Shown one piece after another: positions 37,449 through 46,478 of a stretch of 64,000 bases of DNA; position 1 is the first letter of the stretch; each line of letters begins with the position of its first letter. Under the pieces are notes generated by a model, which was not told the origin of the DNA, did no database searches, and saw nothing but the letters and a program-made list of their open reading frames with translations. The stretch is from a bacterium. Its GTDB lineage: Bacteria > Patescibacteriota > Patescibacteriia > JBAXGH01. The stretch covers positions 12,800 to 76,799 of the forward strand of contig JBAXGH010000003.1 in assembly GCA_037139515.1 (NCBI GenBank). Direction: 5' to 3'. A program made the translations under genes and the position numbers.

Positions 37449-37502
37449 GGGCGTGTGTGTGGCGGGCACGTTGGGGGCGCAGTGCCCGGCTCACACACGC
37501 CC
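37449..37502. repeat. GC-rich imperfect palindrome 3' of glmS
   Basis: GGGCGTGTGTGTGGCGGGCAC - gttgggggcgcag - TGCCCGGCTCACACACGCCC, about 20-bp stem with 2 mismatches. The loop is the reverse complement of CTGCGCCCCCAAC, the same loop motif as at 25899-25909. Confidence 0.55.
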
Positions 37503-37637
37503 AATATCGCTCGCTTCGAGCCAACACCTTTCTGCTTGGCTTTTATCACCATCAACGTGTGGGACGGAAATAAACACACAAAAAATCCCGCGACGGATTT
37601 TTCACTTCCATCGCGGGTACGCTACTTTCAACACACT

Positions 37638-39488
37638 TCACTCCACCGTCACGCTCTTCGCCAAGTTTCTCGGCATATCCGGGTCGTGACCTCGCTTCAC
37701 CGCCATGTGATACGCGAGCAGCTGCAGCGGGATCGTCGCGAGAATCGCGTCCGTGACCGGTGAACCGCCGGATGGAATCCGGACTTCAAAGAACTCCGGA
37801 ACCTCCTGCAGGTCTTCGCTCGAAATCACGATGACCTGCGCGCCGTTCGCCTTGAGTTGCCGAATCGTGAGCCGCGTCTTTTCGAGCAATGAATCACTCG
37901 GGCAGAGCACGACGCACGGCGTGTCTTTCTCGATGAGCGCGAGCGGTCCGTGTTTCAACTCCCCCGCCGCGTAGCCTTCCGCATGAACGTAGGCGATCTC
38001 TTTCAGCTTGAGCGCGCCTTCGAGCGCAATCGGGTACATGTAGTCTCGCCCGATGTAGAACATTCCGCGTGTGTCCTTCAGGAAAGCCGCCAAGTCTTCC
38101 ACCTTCTTCGAGGCGGCAAGACCCTGAAGCAACTTTTCAACCTTGTGCGGCAGGCTCATGAGAGCTGCCACAATCCTCTGACCCTCAGCGAGCGAGAGTC
38201 CGCACGCACGCCCGAGGTATAGCGCGATTTCGGCCATGACCGCGAGCTGGCAAACGAACGCCTTGGTCGAAGCCACGCCGATTTCAAATCCAGCATGCGT
38301 GTACACTCCCCGTTTGCACTCGCGCGCAATCGAGGATCCGACCACATTCACGATGCCGAATGCCTGCGCTCCCCGGCGCTTGGCTTCCCGCACCGCTTCG
38401 AGCGTATCGTAGGTTTCGCCCGACTGCGAGATGGCGAAAACCACCGTTCCTTCCGGCATCGCAACGTTCGAGTAGCGGAACTCGCTCGCGAACATCACGC
38501 GCACCGGAATCCGCGCCAAATCCTCGATCATCTTCGCGCCCACAAGTCCGGCGTGATAAGCCGTACCGCAAGCGAGGATGATGATATTCGTAGCTCCCGC
38601 GAGAACCGCTTCGTGATTCCGAATGCCGCCGAGAATCGCAAGCCCGTCATACGAATCCAGACGCCCGGCGAGCGTGTCCCGAAGCACCTTGTCCTGCTCG
38701 TTGATTTCCTTCAGCATGAAGTGAGGGAAACCACTCTTCTGGATCTCATCGACCGTGAGATTGATTCTCTCGACCGAACGCGCGACCTGCACGTTTTCAA
38801 AAGTGCTGATCCGGTACGAACCGCGCGCTCCGAGAACCGCCATCTCACCATCTTCCATATAGATGACTTCTTTCGTGTGCGCCACGATCGGACTCGCGTC
38901 CGACGCGACAAAGACTTCGCTTTCTCCAATCCCGAGCACAAGCGGGCTTCCAAATCGCGCCGCAACCAAGGTATTCGGAATCTGCGAATGCATCACGACG
39001 ATGCCGAAGGTCCCGCGGAGCTGCTTCACCGTTTCGCGCACCGCTTCCACGAAGTTCGCGCCTGCGACCATATATGACTCGATGAGATGCGCGATCACTT
39101 CCGTATCAGTTTCCGAGGTGAAAACGTGCCCCGCGCCTTCGAGAGCCTTCTTAAGCGCGACGCAGTTTTCAACCTGTCCGTTGTGCACAACCTGAATCTC
39201 ATTCGTGCAGTCGGCGTGCGGATGCGCATTCTCTTCCGTCTTGCCACCATGCGTCGCCCAACGGTTGTGTCCGATGCCGTAGGTTCCCTTCAGCTTCTCT
39301 TCCTCCGCGATGGCACGAATCTGCGCGATTGCGGTCTTTCCAACCGCACGAATTTTCCGCAACTCCAGTCCCCCATCACCAATCGCGATGCCCGCCGAAT
39401 CATACCCTCGGTACTCGAGCCTTTTCTGCCCATCCAGAATAATGGGCCAGGCTTGTTTCTCACCAATATATCCGACCACTCCACACAT
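37638..39488 (-). CDS. glmS: Glutamine--fructose-6-phosphate aminotransferase (isomerising)
   Basis: MCGVVGY N-terminal Ntn Cys, two SIS domains, and the C-terminal ...LAKSVTVE. GC content is about 58% against about 45% in flanking genes. Confidence 0.95.
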   Translation of the reverse strand: MCGVVGYIGEKQAWPIILDGQKRLEYRGYDSAGIAIGDGGLELRKIRAVGKTAIAQIRAIAEEEKLKGTYGIGHNRWATHGGKTEENAHPHADCTNEIQVVHNGQVENCVALKKALEGAGHVFTSETDTEVIAHLIESYMVAGANFVEAVRETVKQLRGTFGIVVMHSQIPNTLVAARFGSPLVLGIGESEVFVASDASPIVAHTKEVIYMEDGEMAVLGARGSYRISTFENVQVARSVERINLTVDEIQKSGFPHFMLKEINEQDKVLRDTLAGRLDSYDGLAILGGIRNHEAVLAGATNIIILACGTAYHAGLVGAKMIEDLARIPVRVMFASEFRYSNVAMPEGTVVFAISQSGETYDTLEAVREAKRRGAQAFGIVNVVGSSIARECKRGVYTHAGFEIGVASTKAFVCQLAVMAEIALYLGRACGLSLAEGQRIVAALMSLPHKVEKLLQGLAASKKVEDLAAFLKDTRGMFYIGRDYMYPIALEGALKLKEIAYVHAEGYAAGELKHGPLALIEKDTPCVVLCPSDSLLEKTRLTIRQLKANGAQVIVISSEDLQEVPEFFEVRIPSGGSPVTDAILATIPLQLLAYHMAVKRGHDPDMPRNLAKSVTVE

Positions 39489-39618
39489 CGTTGCCTCCGC
39501 GCCACACTGAGTGGCAAAAGAACTGCGCCGCCCAAGCTACCGCACTTGAATACGAAAATCAAGCGCAGTAGAATGCGAGAGAAATCCCTTTCCCTCTAAC
39601 CCTTAACCCTATATCCTC

Positions 39619-40383
39619 ATGTTGAAGCTTTATTCCTGGAACGTGAACGGTATTCGTGCGGTAGAAAAGAAGGGTTTTTTAAATTGGCTCCATACCGAAA
39701 AGCCTGATGTACTAGGAATTCAGGAAACTAAAGCCCACGTCGATCAGCTTTCGCAGGCCGTGTTGCATCCCGATCAATACGAATCCTATTGGTCGAGCGG
39801 AGTTCGCCGCGGTTATAGCGGAACCGCCGTTTTCACACGCGTCTCCCCTATTTTATGCATGACGGACTTTGGACACCTGGCGCTCGACGGCGAAGGTCGC
39901 ATCGTGATGCTCGAATTTGAAAAGTTTTTCTATTTCAATGTTTATTTTCCGAACGGTGGCTCGGGCGAAGAGCGTCTTCAATATAAATTACGATTTTATG
40001 ATGAATTCCTGAAACTTGTCGAAAGTTTCCGCAAACAAAAACCGATTGTGATTTGCGGTGATGTAAACACGGCGCACAAGCCTGAAGATCTGGCGCGCCC
40101 GAAGGAAAATGCAAACACTTCCGGCTTTATGGCTATTGAACGTGATTGGCTTGATAAACTCGAGAGCCACGGTTATATCGACGCTTTCCGCTTATTCCAT
40201 GAAGGCAATGGCTATTATTCCTGGTGGGATATGAAAACCAGATCGCGTGAAAAAAATGTCGGTTGGAGAATCGATCATTTCTGGGTTTCGACGGAACTGA
40301 AAAAGCACATCGTGAGTGCCGATATTCACCCGGATGTGCTTGGTTCAGATCATTGCCCGATTTCGCTCAAGCTTTCTTTGTAA
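39619..40383 (+). CDS. xth: Exodeoxyribonuclease III
   Basis: MLKLYSWNVNGIRA... EEP-family AP endonuclease motifs through the C-terminal SDHCPI. Confidence 0.9.
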   Translation: MLKLYSWNVNGIRAVEKKGFLNWLHTEKPDVLGIQETKAHVDQLSQAVLHPDQYESYWSSGVRRGYSGTAVFTRVSPILCMTDFGHLALDGEGRIVMLEFEKFFYFNVYFPNGGSGEERLQYKLRFYDEFLKLVESFRKQKPIVICGDVNTAHKPEDLARPKENANTSGFMAIERDWLDKLESHGYIDAFRLFHEGNGYYSWWDMKTRSREKNVGWRIDHFWVSTELKKHIVSADIHPDVLGSDHCPISLKLSL

Positions 40384-40747
40384 AATCAAGCGCAAGCGAA
40401 TTGATGCAATATCTTTTTCCGGTCGGCGCCGGACCATCTTCAAAAACATGGCCGAGATGCGAACCGCATTTGGCACATTGAACTTCGGTACGCAGCACAC
40501 CCATGGAAGCGTCAGGCACTAGTTTCACCGATTCTACGCGAGTTAAATCGTAAAACGAAGGCCAGCCGGTACCGGACTCGAACTTCGTCTCCGAATCAAA
40601 TAGCCGTGTGTCACAAACGACACAGGAATAAACCCCTGTGTCTTTGTTATGCAGCCATTTTCCGCTCCCCGGCGGCTCGGTACCTTTCAAAAAGCAAACA
40701 TTATATTGCTCCGGAGTCAGTTTTGTTTTGGCCTCTTCCTGATTCAT
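40367..40747 (-). CDS. msrB: Peptide-methionine (R)-S-oxide reductase MsrB
   Basis: CxxC...CxxC zinc site and catalytic C-terminal GHLGHVFEDGP / RYCINS. The start is taken at the internal MNQEE (the track ORF extends to 40819). It overlaps the msrA stop by 4 bp. Confidence 0.85.
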   Translation of the reverse strand: MNQEEAKTKLTPEQYNVCFLKGTEPPGSGKWLHNKDTGVYSCVVCDTRLFDSETKFESGTGWPSFYDLTRVESVKLVPDASMGVLRTEVQCAKCGSHLGHVFEDGPAPTGKRYCINSLALDFTKKA

Positions 40748-40749
40748 AT

Positions 40750-41286
40750 TCAAGTTTTCAGTAATTCCGCGAAACGCTTCTTGGCTTTTTCCACTTTCGG
40801 CGTGATTACGATTTGGCAATACGGTTCATCCGAGTGATTCTCAAAATAATCTTTGTGATAATTCTCGGCCGGATAGAACTTATTCAACTTTTCAAGCGTC
40901 GTCACAATCGGTTTACCGCCCGGGTGTTCGCTTTCAAGTTTCGAGATATATTTTTCAGCCAGTTTTCGCTCAGTTTCGTCCGCGTAAAAGATAACCGAAC
41001 GATATTGCGTTCCGACATCATTTCCCTGACGATTCAAACTCGTCGGATCATGCGTCGCAAAAAATACATTCAACAAATCTTCGTATGAAATCACAGCCGG
41101 ATCATAAGTAAATTTGATAGCTTCAGCATGTCCCGTTTCTCCCGTTGAAACCTGCTCATAAGTCGGATCTATAACTGTCCCGCCCGTATAACCTGGTTCT
41201 ACCACCAAAACCCCACGGAGCATCTTGAAAACCGCCTCAGTGCACCAAAAACAGCCCCCGGCAAAAACCGCTTCTTTCTTTGCCAT
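40750..41286 (-). CDS. msrA: Peptide-methionine (S)-S-oxide reductase MsrA
   Basis: AVFAGGCFWCTEAVF active-site motif. Confidence 0.9.
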   Translation of the reverse strand: MAKKEAVFAGGCFWCTEAVFKMLRGVLVVEPGYTGGTVIDPTYEQVSTGETGHAEAIKFTYDPAVISYEDLLNVFFATHDPTSLNRQGNDVGTQYRSVIFYADETERKLAEKYISKLESEHPGGKPIVTTLEKLNKFYPAENYHKDYFENHSDEPYCQIVITPKVEKAKKRFAELLKT

Positions 41287-41288
41287 AA

Positions 41289-43226
41289 TTATTTGCCACT
41301 TTCAATCGCAAGAATCGCGAGCGCGCCTTCGGCTACAGCATCATTCATGCGCGAAATCTTCAGCGCATCGCCCACGACCTGCACCGATTTCACAACACCC
41401 TTCAATTCCTCCTGCAATCCGTCATTCGAACGCGAGCCGAGACACAGAACAATCGTGTTTGCCGGAATCGTGCGCGTGCCTTTCGAATCTTCGACTGTAA
41501 CGCTCTTCTCCCCAATAGCCGTGACTTTGGTTTCGAGATTTATCTTCACCCCAAGCTTCGTGAGTCGTCCGAGTAAAAGATTTCGATCATCCGGAGGTGC
41601 TTCCATCGCGATATTCTTAGTAAACTCGACAATCGCAACCTTATGCTTGCGAACCGCGAGATATTCGGCTGTCTGAGCGCCGGCACAGCCTCCACCAATC
41701 ACAACAACTGAACCCGTAGCCTTAGATTTTCCTTCAAGCAAATCACGCGCAGTCACCACATTCTCGCGGTCGATGCCGGGAATTCCCGGAAGCGACGGCG
41801 ATGATCCGATTGCGAGTACGACTGCATCAGGCTTCAATGCTTTAACATCACTTAAACCGAAAGTCTTATTCAACTTGAGCGTGATGTGAAGTTTTCCTAA
41901 ATCACGAATCAAAGCCTTACGAAATTCCACCCAACCGTTTCTATGAGGCGCGGCACCAGCCGCATACATTTGTCCACCGAGTTTCGATTTCGCCTCGAAG
42001 AGTGTGACCTTATGCCCGCGCATGGCCGCCGTTTTTGCCGCCTGCATACCGGCCGGGCCGCCGCCAACAACAATAATCTTTTTCGATTTACCCGGCTTCT
42101 TCGCGAATTCCAATTCGCGGCCGCAAGTCGGATTCACCGTGCACAAAACATCCTGACCAGCGAACAGACGTCCGATGCAAGCCTGATTACACGCGATGCA
42201 CGGCATAATTTTATCCAACTGTCCGGCGGCGACCTTGTTCGGCCATTCCGGATCCGCGAGAAGCGTGCGCCCAATAGCGACATAATCCGCTTTTTTAGCT
42301 TTCAAAATTTTCTCGGCGAGTTCCGGCGTGCGAATCTTATTGACCGTAATCACCGGAATCTTGACGTGCTTCTTTACCGCCGCCGCCAAATCAACCAGCA
42401 CACCGTCTTTTACGGCCATCGGCGAAATCATTCTCCCCTGCGCATACGAGGCATAGTTTCCGGACGAGATATGCAAACCATCAACGCCAAGATCTTCAAG
42501 TTTTTGCGCGATTTTCACAGTATCTTTAATCATGAGGCCGCCTTTTACATCCTCCGCACCCGACAAACGCACGATGACCGGAAAACAATCGCAAACCTCG
42601 TCACGCACCGCTTCATAAACTTCCTGAAGGAAACGAAAACGCTTTTCAGGCGTACCACCGTATGAATCTTTGCGATGATTGCTGAATGGTGACAGGAATT
42701 GGGTAATTAAATAGCCGTGAGCGCCGTGAATTTCAACAAAATCCATACCCGCTTCTTTAGCGCGACGGGCTCCGGCAGCATAAGCTTCGACCAAAGTCTG
42801 AATCTCTTTTGCGGTAAGGGCGACCGGCATCTCCCCGGAAGACGGATCCGGCACGGTCGAAGGCGCCACAATCGGCATGCCAGTAACAGCCTGATGAGTC
42901 TGACGACCGGCATGATAAAGCTGTACCCCGATTTTTGCGCCGTACTTGTGAGCGGCCTTTACCAAACGCTTCAAACCAGGAACCACGGCATCTTCATGAA
43001 TCCCAAGCTCATTCGGAAAACCCTGACCGCTTTTCATGACATAGCTCGCCTCCAAAATCATCATACCGACTCCGCCGCGCGCAATAGATTCGATATGCGC
43101 AACGTAGCGGTCGTTTGCGTGACCGTTCTTCTCGGCATAATCGCGAACCATCGGCGGCATCACCAAACGGTTCTTGAGTTGCATCTCACCCATCCGACCC
43201 GACTTGAACAAAGCAGAATATTTCAT
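41289..43226 (-). CDS. NADH:flavin oxidoreductase (Old Yellow Enzyme-like FMN domain) fused to an FAD/NAD(P)-binding oxidoreductase domain (2,4-dienoyl-CoA reductase / NADH oxidase-like)
   Basis: N-terminal OYE TIM-barrel (MPPMVRDYA..., HGAHGYLITQFLSP), a CIACNQACIG Fe-S cysteine cluster, and a C-terminal Rossmann GxGxxG (VVGGGPAGMQAA). Confidence 0.8.
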   Translation of the reverse strand: MKYSALFKSGRMGEMQLKNRLVMPPMVRDYAEKNGHANDRYVAHIESIARGGVGMMILEASYVMKSGQGFPNELGIHEDAVVPGLKRLVKAAHKYGAKIGVQLYHAGRQTHQAVTGMPIVAPSTVPDPSSGEMPVALTAKEIQTLVEAYAAGARRAKEAGMDFVEIHGAHGYLITQFLSPFSNHRKDSYGGTPEKRFRFLQEVYEAVRDEVCDCFPVIVRLSGAEDVKGGLMIKDTVKIAQKLEDLGVDGLHISSGNYASYAQGRMISPMAVKDGVLVDLAAAVKKHVKIPVITVNKIRTPELAEKILKAKKADYVAIGRTLLADPEWPNKVAAGQLDKIMPCIACNQACIGRLFAGQDVLCTVNPTCGRELEFAKKPGKSKKIIVVGGGPAGMQAAKTAAMRGHKVTLFEAKSKLGGQMYAAGAAPHRNGWVEFRKALIRDLGKLHITLKLNKTFGLSDVKALKPDAVVLAIGSSPSLPGIPGIDRENVVTARDLLEGKSKATGSVVVIGGGCAGAQTAEYLAVRKHKVAIVEFTKNIAMEAPPDDRNLLLGRLTKLGVKINLETKVTAIGEKSVTVEDSKGTRTIPANTIVLCLGSRSNDGLQEELKGVVKSVQVVGDALKISRMNDAVAEGALAILAIESGK

Positions 43227-43285
43227 AGGCTTATATAGCTTTGCCTATATTGTACTCCTCGCATGAAACCCAGCCTGTGCGAAAA

Positions 43286-44017
43286 TCAGAATATTCCCAA
43301 AAACTTCCTACAAACATTCTTGCGATGAATATTTACAACTTCCAAATCTTTCGGATTTTTAAATTCCGCTTCAAATATCGGCAACAATGTCTCGGAACCA
43401 CTTTCCAACAAGACCCGCATCTCTTCGGTATAAATCGGCACGGCTACAAAAACATAAATCGTTTTTTCACCGGTTTCTATTTTCATGAATTCATCAGACA
43501 TGACAAGCGACGGAAGTAACAAGAACCCGCTGAATTTGGTATTTGACGCCACCGGTTCCGCCGGATTGCCGTTCGGCATGCTGTGATAACCCCAAAGCCA
43601 GGTTTTGTACCAGTGCGGTAGCGTCGCGAGCTTTTTCAAATGCCTGATCGGCCAGTAATTATTTTCGTCGCGGAAAGATTCCTGATCGAGTTTCCAATCG
43701 GCCGGCAGAAACATGGCGATTTCGGCGTATTTGCAGTCCTGAGCATCTTCCGGCGCATTCATGGCGCGCGAGCTCATGCCGCTTGTCATCAAAATATTAA
43801 ACGGACGACCCTCCCCGGGCTTCACCATGAAAACATCAATATGAACCACGTCTGAAACAAATTCGTGAAAAACCGAAACGCCTTCATCGCCGAAAAATTT
43901 CCGTAGATGATCTCCAACCACGTCACTCGTATCGGATTCTTCCGGAGTCACATAATTCTCATCGGTTCTTTCTTGGTGCCTGATAATTTTTTGCCCAGGT
44001 TTTTCGTCATTCTGCAT
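43286..44017 (-). CDS. SUFU-like (Suppressor of fused) domain protein, possibly an orphan immunity-type protein
   Basis: Blocks NILMTSGMS, TKFSGFLLLPS and VAVPIYTEEMRVL resemble SUFU-domain blocks (HYISFGLSD, TPFGVVTFLQ, VGVCTEEL). Confidence 0.5.
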   Translation of the reverse strand: MQNDEKPGQKIIRHQERTDENYVTPEESDTSDVVGDHLRKFFGDEGVSVFHEFVSDVVHIDVFMVKPGEGRPFNILMTSGMSSRAMNAPEDAQDCKYAEIAMFLPADWKLDQESFRDENNYWPIRHLKKLATLPHWYKTWLWGYHSMPNGNPAEPVASNTKFSGFLLLPSLVMSDEFMKIETGEKTIYVFVAVPIYTEEMRVLLESGSETLLPIFEAEFKNPKDLEVVNIHRKNVCRKFLGIF

Positions 44018-44026
44018 ATTGCGAGA

Positions 44027-44587
44027 TTATATTTTCGAAATATTTCTTAAATATTTACGATGCTGCCTGGCATCCGGGCTGAATCTTTCTACGTGAGCCC
44101 AAAAACGAGGTGAATGATTGAATTCTAGCAGATGACAGAGTTCATGAATAACAAGATAATCGGCGACCGGGGGCGGCATAATCGCGATTTTATAATGGAA
44201 ACATAAAGTTCCGGTACGCGAACACGAACCCCAGCGCGTGCTTTGATTGCGCACCGAGATTTTTTTATATGCAACCCCAAGTTGCGGCGCAAAATAGGCT
44301 ACGCGTTCACAAGCGATGGCAAGTGCGCGCTTGTGATGAAGCTTGTAATCCGTTTGTTTTTCAGTGCGAGTTTTTCCTCCCCGGGCGCGATACTTCTCGA
44401 GCGCGTTCAAAATCAACTCAGCTTTAGATTGAATAAAATCCTCGGCGGCGCGAAGACTTGCCCGCATCGGCATCGAAAAAAGCACCGTCCCGTCATCGCG
44501 AATTCGCAAACGCAAAGAACGCGACCAACGTAATCGCTTAAAATCAACTTCCACATCGTATCCCGATAGACTAATTATTTTCCGCAT
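44027..44587 (-). CDS. YgjP-like (DUF45) M48-type zinc metallopeptidase
   Basis: HELCHLLEFNHSPRFW zincin HExxH-plus-NHS motif, characteristic of the YgjP family. Confidence 0.7.
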   Translation of the reverse strand: MRKIISLSGYDVEVDFKRLRWSRSLRLRIRDDGTVLFSMPMRASLRAAEDFIQSKAELILNALEKYRARGGKTRTEKQTDYKLHHKRALAIACERVAYFAPQLGVAYKKISVRNQSTRWGSCSRTGTLCFHYKIAIMPPPVADYLVIHELCHLLEFNHSPRFWAHVERFSPDARQHRKYLRNISKI

Positions 44588-45806
44588 GTAAAATCGGTTC
44601 CACGCCTAACAATTTATCCAACTCAACAACTTTTACTTTGAAATTTTCAAGTTCAGAGGAATCAATCGGCCCGGTTGACGGGAACTTCTCCAATAACGGA
44701 TTGATAAGCGCACCATTTTTCACCATTTCATAATGCAGATGCGGCCCGGTTGAAAAACCAGTCGATCCGACATAGCCGATTATTTGCCCCTGCTTCACTC
44801 TCTGCCCGGCTTTCACGATAATCTTGCTTTGATGGCCGTAATGCGTGGAATATGTCGCGTTGTGACGAATATTGGTGTAATTGCCATATGCTCCATTCCA
44901 TCCAGCTTTTACAATCGTGCCATCGGCGGTTGCGCGAATCGGAGTTCCTGTAGAAGCGGCGTAATCAATCGCACGATGTTTGGTGGCCGTATTAAATGCT
45001 GAAACGTAACGCATACCCTTCGTGAAACCGGAAGTTATATATTTGAAAGCAAGCGGCGCTTTCAGGAACATTTTCTTGAGCGAAGAACCGGTTTCGTCGT
45101 AATAGCCTTCTTCGCCACTCGCATTCGCATAAAGATATCCGCGGAACTCTGTACCAGCATTTGTATATTCGGCGCTCAGAACAGCTCCCGGCATCACGTA
45201 TTTTCCGTCGCGATACAATTCTTCGTACACGAACTTGAATTTATCGTGGGCGCGAACATCCTGCGCAAAATCGATAGTCCACTCAAAAACGTCGGCAAGT
45301 CCGATAATCGCGCGCTCATCGATACCGGATTTGAGCCCGGCTTCGTATAAAGAAGATTCGACCGTGCCACTCGCGGTTTTTTGGCGAATTTCGTATTGAA
45401 TTTTCTCGCGCACCGCTTGCCAACCGCCGTCTACGCGATTCACGTGCAATTCCTCTTCCACGCTGATCGCGTAAATCAAACCTTTGAGCTGTTTTGTTTC
45501 GGAATCGCGTATCAAATCAATATTTTTACCCAAGCGAACTTTTGCCAGGTCATAAACCTCTTTTGAAGCGTTATAAATTCCGTCAATATCGATTGGCACA
45601 ACGCCTGCATCAGACATCAAAGTGCTAAAGGTAGATTTTTCGGTCACCGGCACAGCTTCTACGAAATCACTGGGCTTTTTTACTTCAATTATTTTTGCCA
45701 AATTATTATTTTCTTGCGCCAAAGGTGTCACACGCTTTGAGAAAAGATAAACTCCCCCGGCCAAAACCGCAATCACGAATATGAATATCAAAATTGATTT
45801 TTTCAT
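44571..45806 (-). CDS. Membrane-anchored M23 family peptidase
   Basis: N-terminal TM, and a C-terminal M23 domain with GPHLHYEMVKNGALINPL. Confidence 0.8.
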   Translation of the reverse strand: MKKSILIFIFVIAVLAGGVYLFSKRVTPLAQENNNLAKIIEVKKPSDFVEAVPVTEKSTFSTLMSDAGVVPIDIDGIYNASKEVYDLAKVRLGKNIDLIRDSETKQLKGLIYAISVEEELHVNRVDGGWQAVREKIQYEIRQKTASGTVESSLYEAGLKSGIDERAIIGLADVFEWTIDFAQDVRAHDKFKFVYEELYRDGKYVMPGAVLSAEYTNAGTEFRGYLYANASGEEGYYDETGSSLKKMFLKAPLAFKYITSGFTKGMRYVSAFNTATKHRAIDYAASTGTPIRATADGTIVKAGWNGAYGNYTNIRHNATYSTHYGHQSKIIVKAGQRVKQGQIIGYVGSTGFSTGPHLHYEMVKNGALINPLLEKFPSTGPIDSSELENFKVKVVELDKLLGVEPILHAENN

Positions 45807-45842
45807 TCACTAAAAATAGCACGCAAAGAATTGTTCAGCAAA

Positions 45843-46412
45843 TCAAATATCAATTTTTCTAATGATGATTCTTCCCATGGCCGCCACCCCTTCATTACGC
45901 TGCATCTCATCAGAACAGTTATTTAGTACAACAAGCTTACGCAGCTTATCTGCTTTTCGAATAAGCGGTAAAGAGAATGGCCTAAATTCGTTCTTCACTC
46001 TTTGTCTAAATAACTGGCTCATATTGTTTGTAGAGTCACCAGGTCTCTTGCCTCGACTTATATATCTGCGTTCAGCCTCACTTGTTTTGACTCGGATATA
46101 TATTACAACGCTAACTTTAAAACCAAGTATACCGAGCATTTCTTCAAGCCACATGTTTCCGCTTTGATGAACAGGGCTAAAATCCAAAACAAGTCCACCT
46201 AAATACTTCCCTGGCAGGCGAAGGAGTTCGAGTTCCAAAAATGCCGTTGCCAGATCGTGCGTCTCTGGTAACACTCCGGACAACCTTCCAGCCCGAAGCA
46301 CATCACCCATCGAAAGGAACGGAATTCGTAAGTATTCCGCTATTTCCCGACCGACAGTTGTTTTTCCTGAACCAGGCATGCCTAGAACAAGAATTACCGG
46401 CTTTTCTCGCAT
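45843..46412 (-). CDS. P-loop nucleoside/nucleotide kinase-like protein (adenylate-kinase superfamily)
   Basis: Walker A LVLGMPGSGKTTVGREIA; size and layout are consistent with NMP-kinase-like proteins. Its substrate is unknown. Confidence 0.5.
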   Translation of the reverse strand: MREKPVILVLGMPGSGKTTVGREIAEYLRIPFLSMGDVLRAGRLSGVLPETHDLATAFLELELLRLPGKYLGGLVLDFSPVHQSGNMWLEEMLGILGFKVSVVIYIRVKTSEAERRYISRGKRPGDSTNNMSQLFRQRVKNEFRPFSLPLIRKADKLRKLVVLNNCSDEMQRNEGVAAMGRIIIRKIDI

Positions 46413-46439
46413 GTATTTTATGATATTACTATAATCACA

Positions 46440-46475
46440 ATAAAAAAAGCCACGCCTTTGAGACGTGGCGAGCTC
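46440..46475 (-). terminator. Rho-independent terminator (minus strand) downstream of the radical SAM gene
   Basis: On the minus strand: GCCACGTCTCAAAGGCGTGGC followed by TTTTTTT. Confidence 0.6.
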
Positions 46476-46478
46476 CGA

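Noticed and set aside
37753-39600. Numerous 60-260-aa ORFs on both strands overlapping glmS (for example 38295..39077 plus, 38284..38571 minus)
   Set aside because: These are typical stop-codon-poor artefacts of high-GC DNA. glmS is full-length with intact N- and C-terminal signatures, and the overlapping products are Arg/Pro-rich and low-complexity.
39489-39618. Possible glmS ribozyme in the glmS 5' leader
   Set aside because: The leader is only about 130 nt and is shared with the divergent xth promoter. I see no recognisable glmS-ribozyme core. A covariance-model scan would be needed to be sure.
40367-40819. Extended 150-aa form of MsrB
   Set aside because: The first 24 residues are not MsrB-like and would overlap msrA by about 70 nt. 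The internal ATG at 40747 gives a canonical MsrB and a 4-bp ATGA overlap with the msrA stop.
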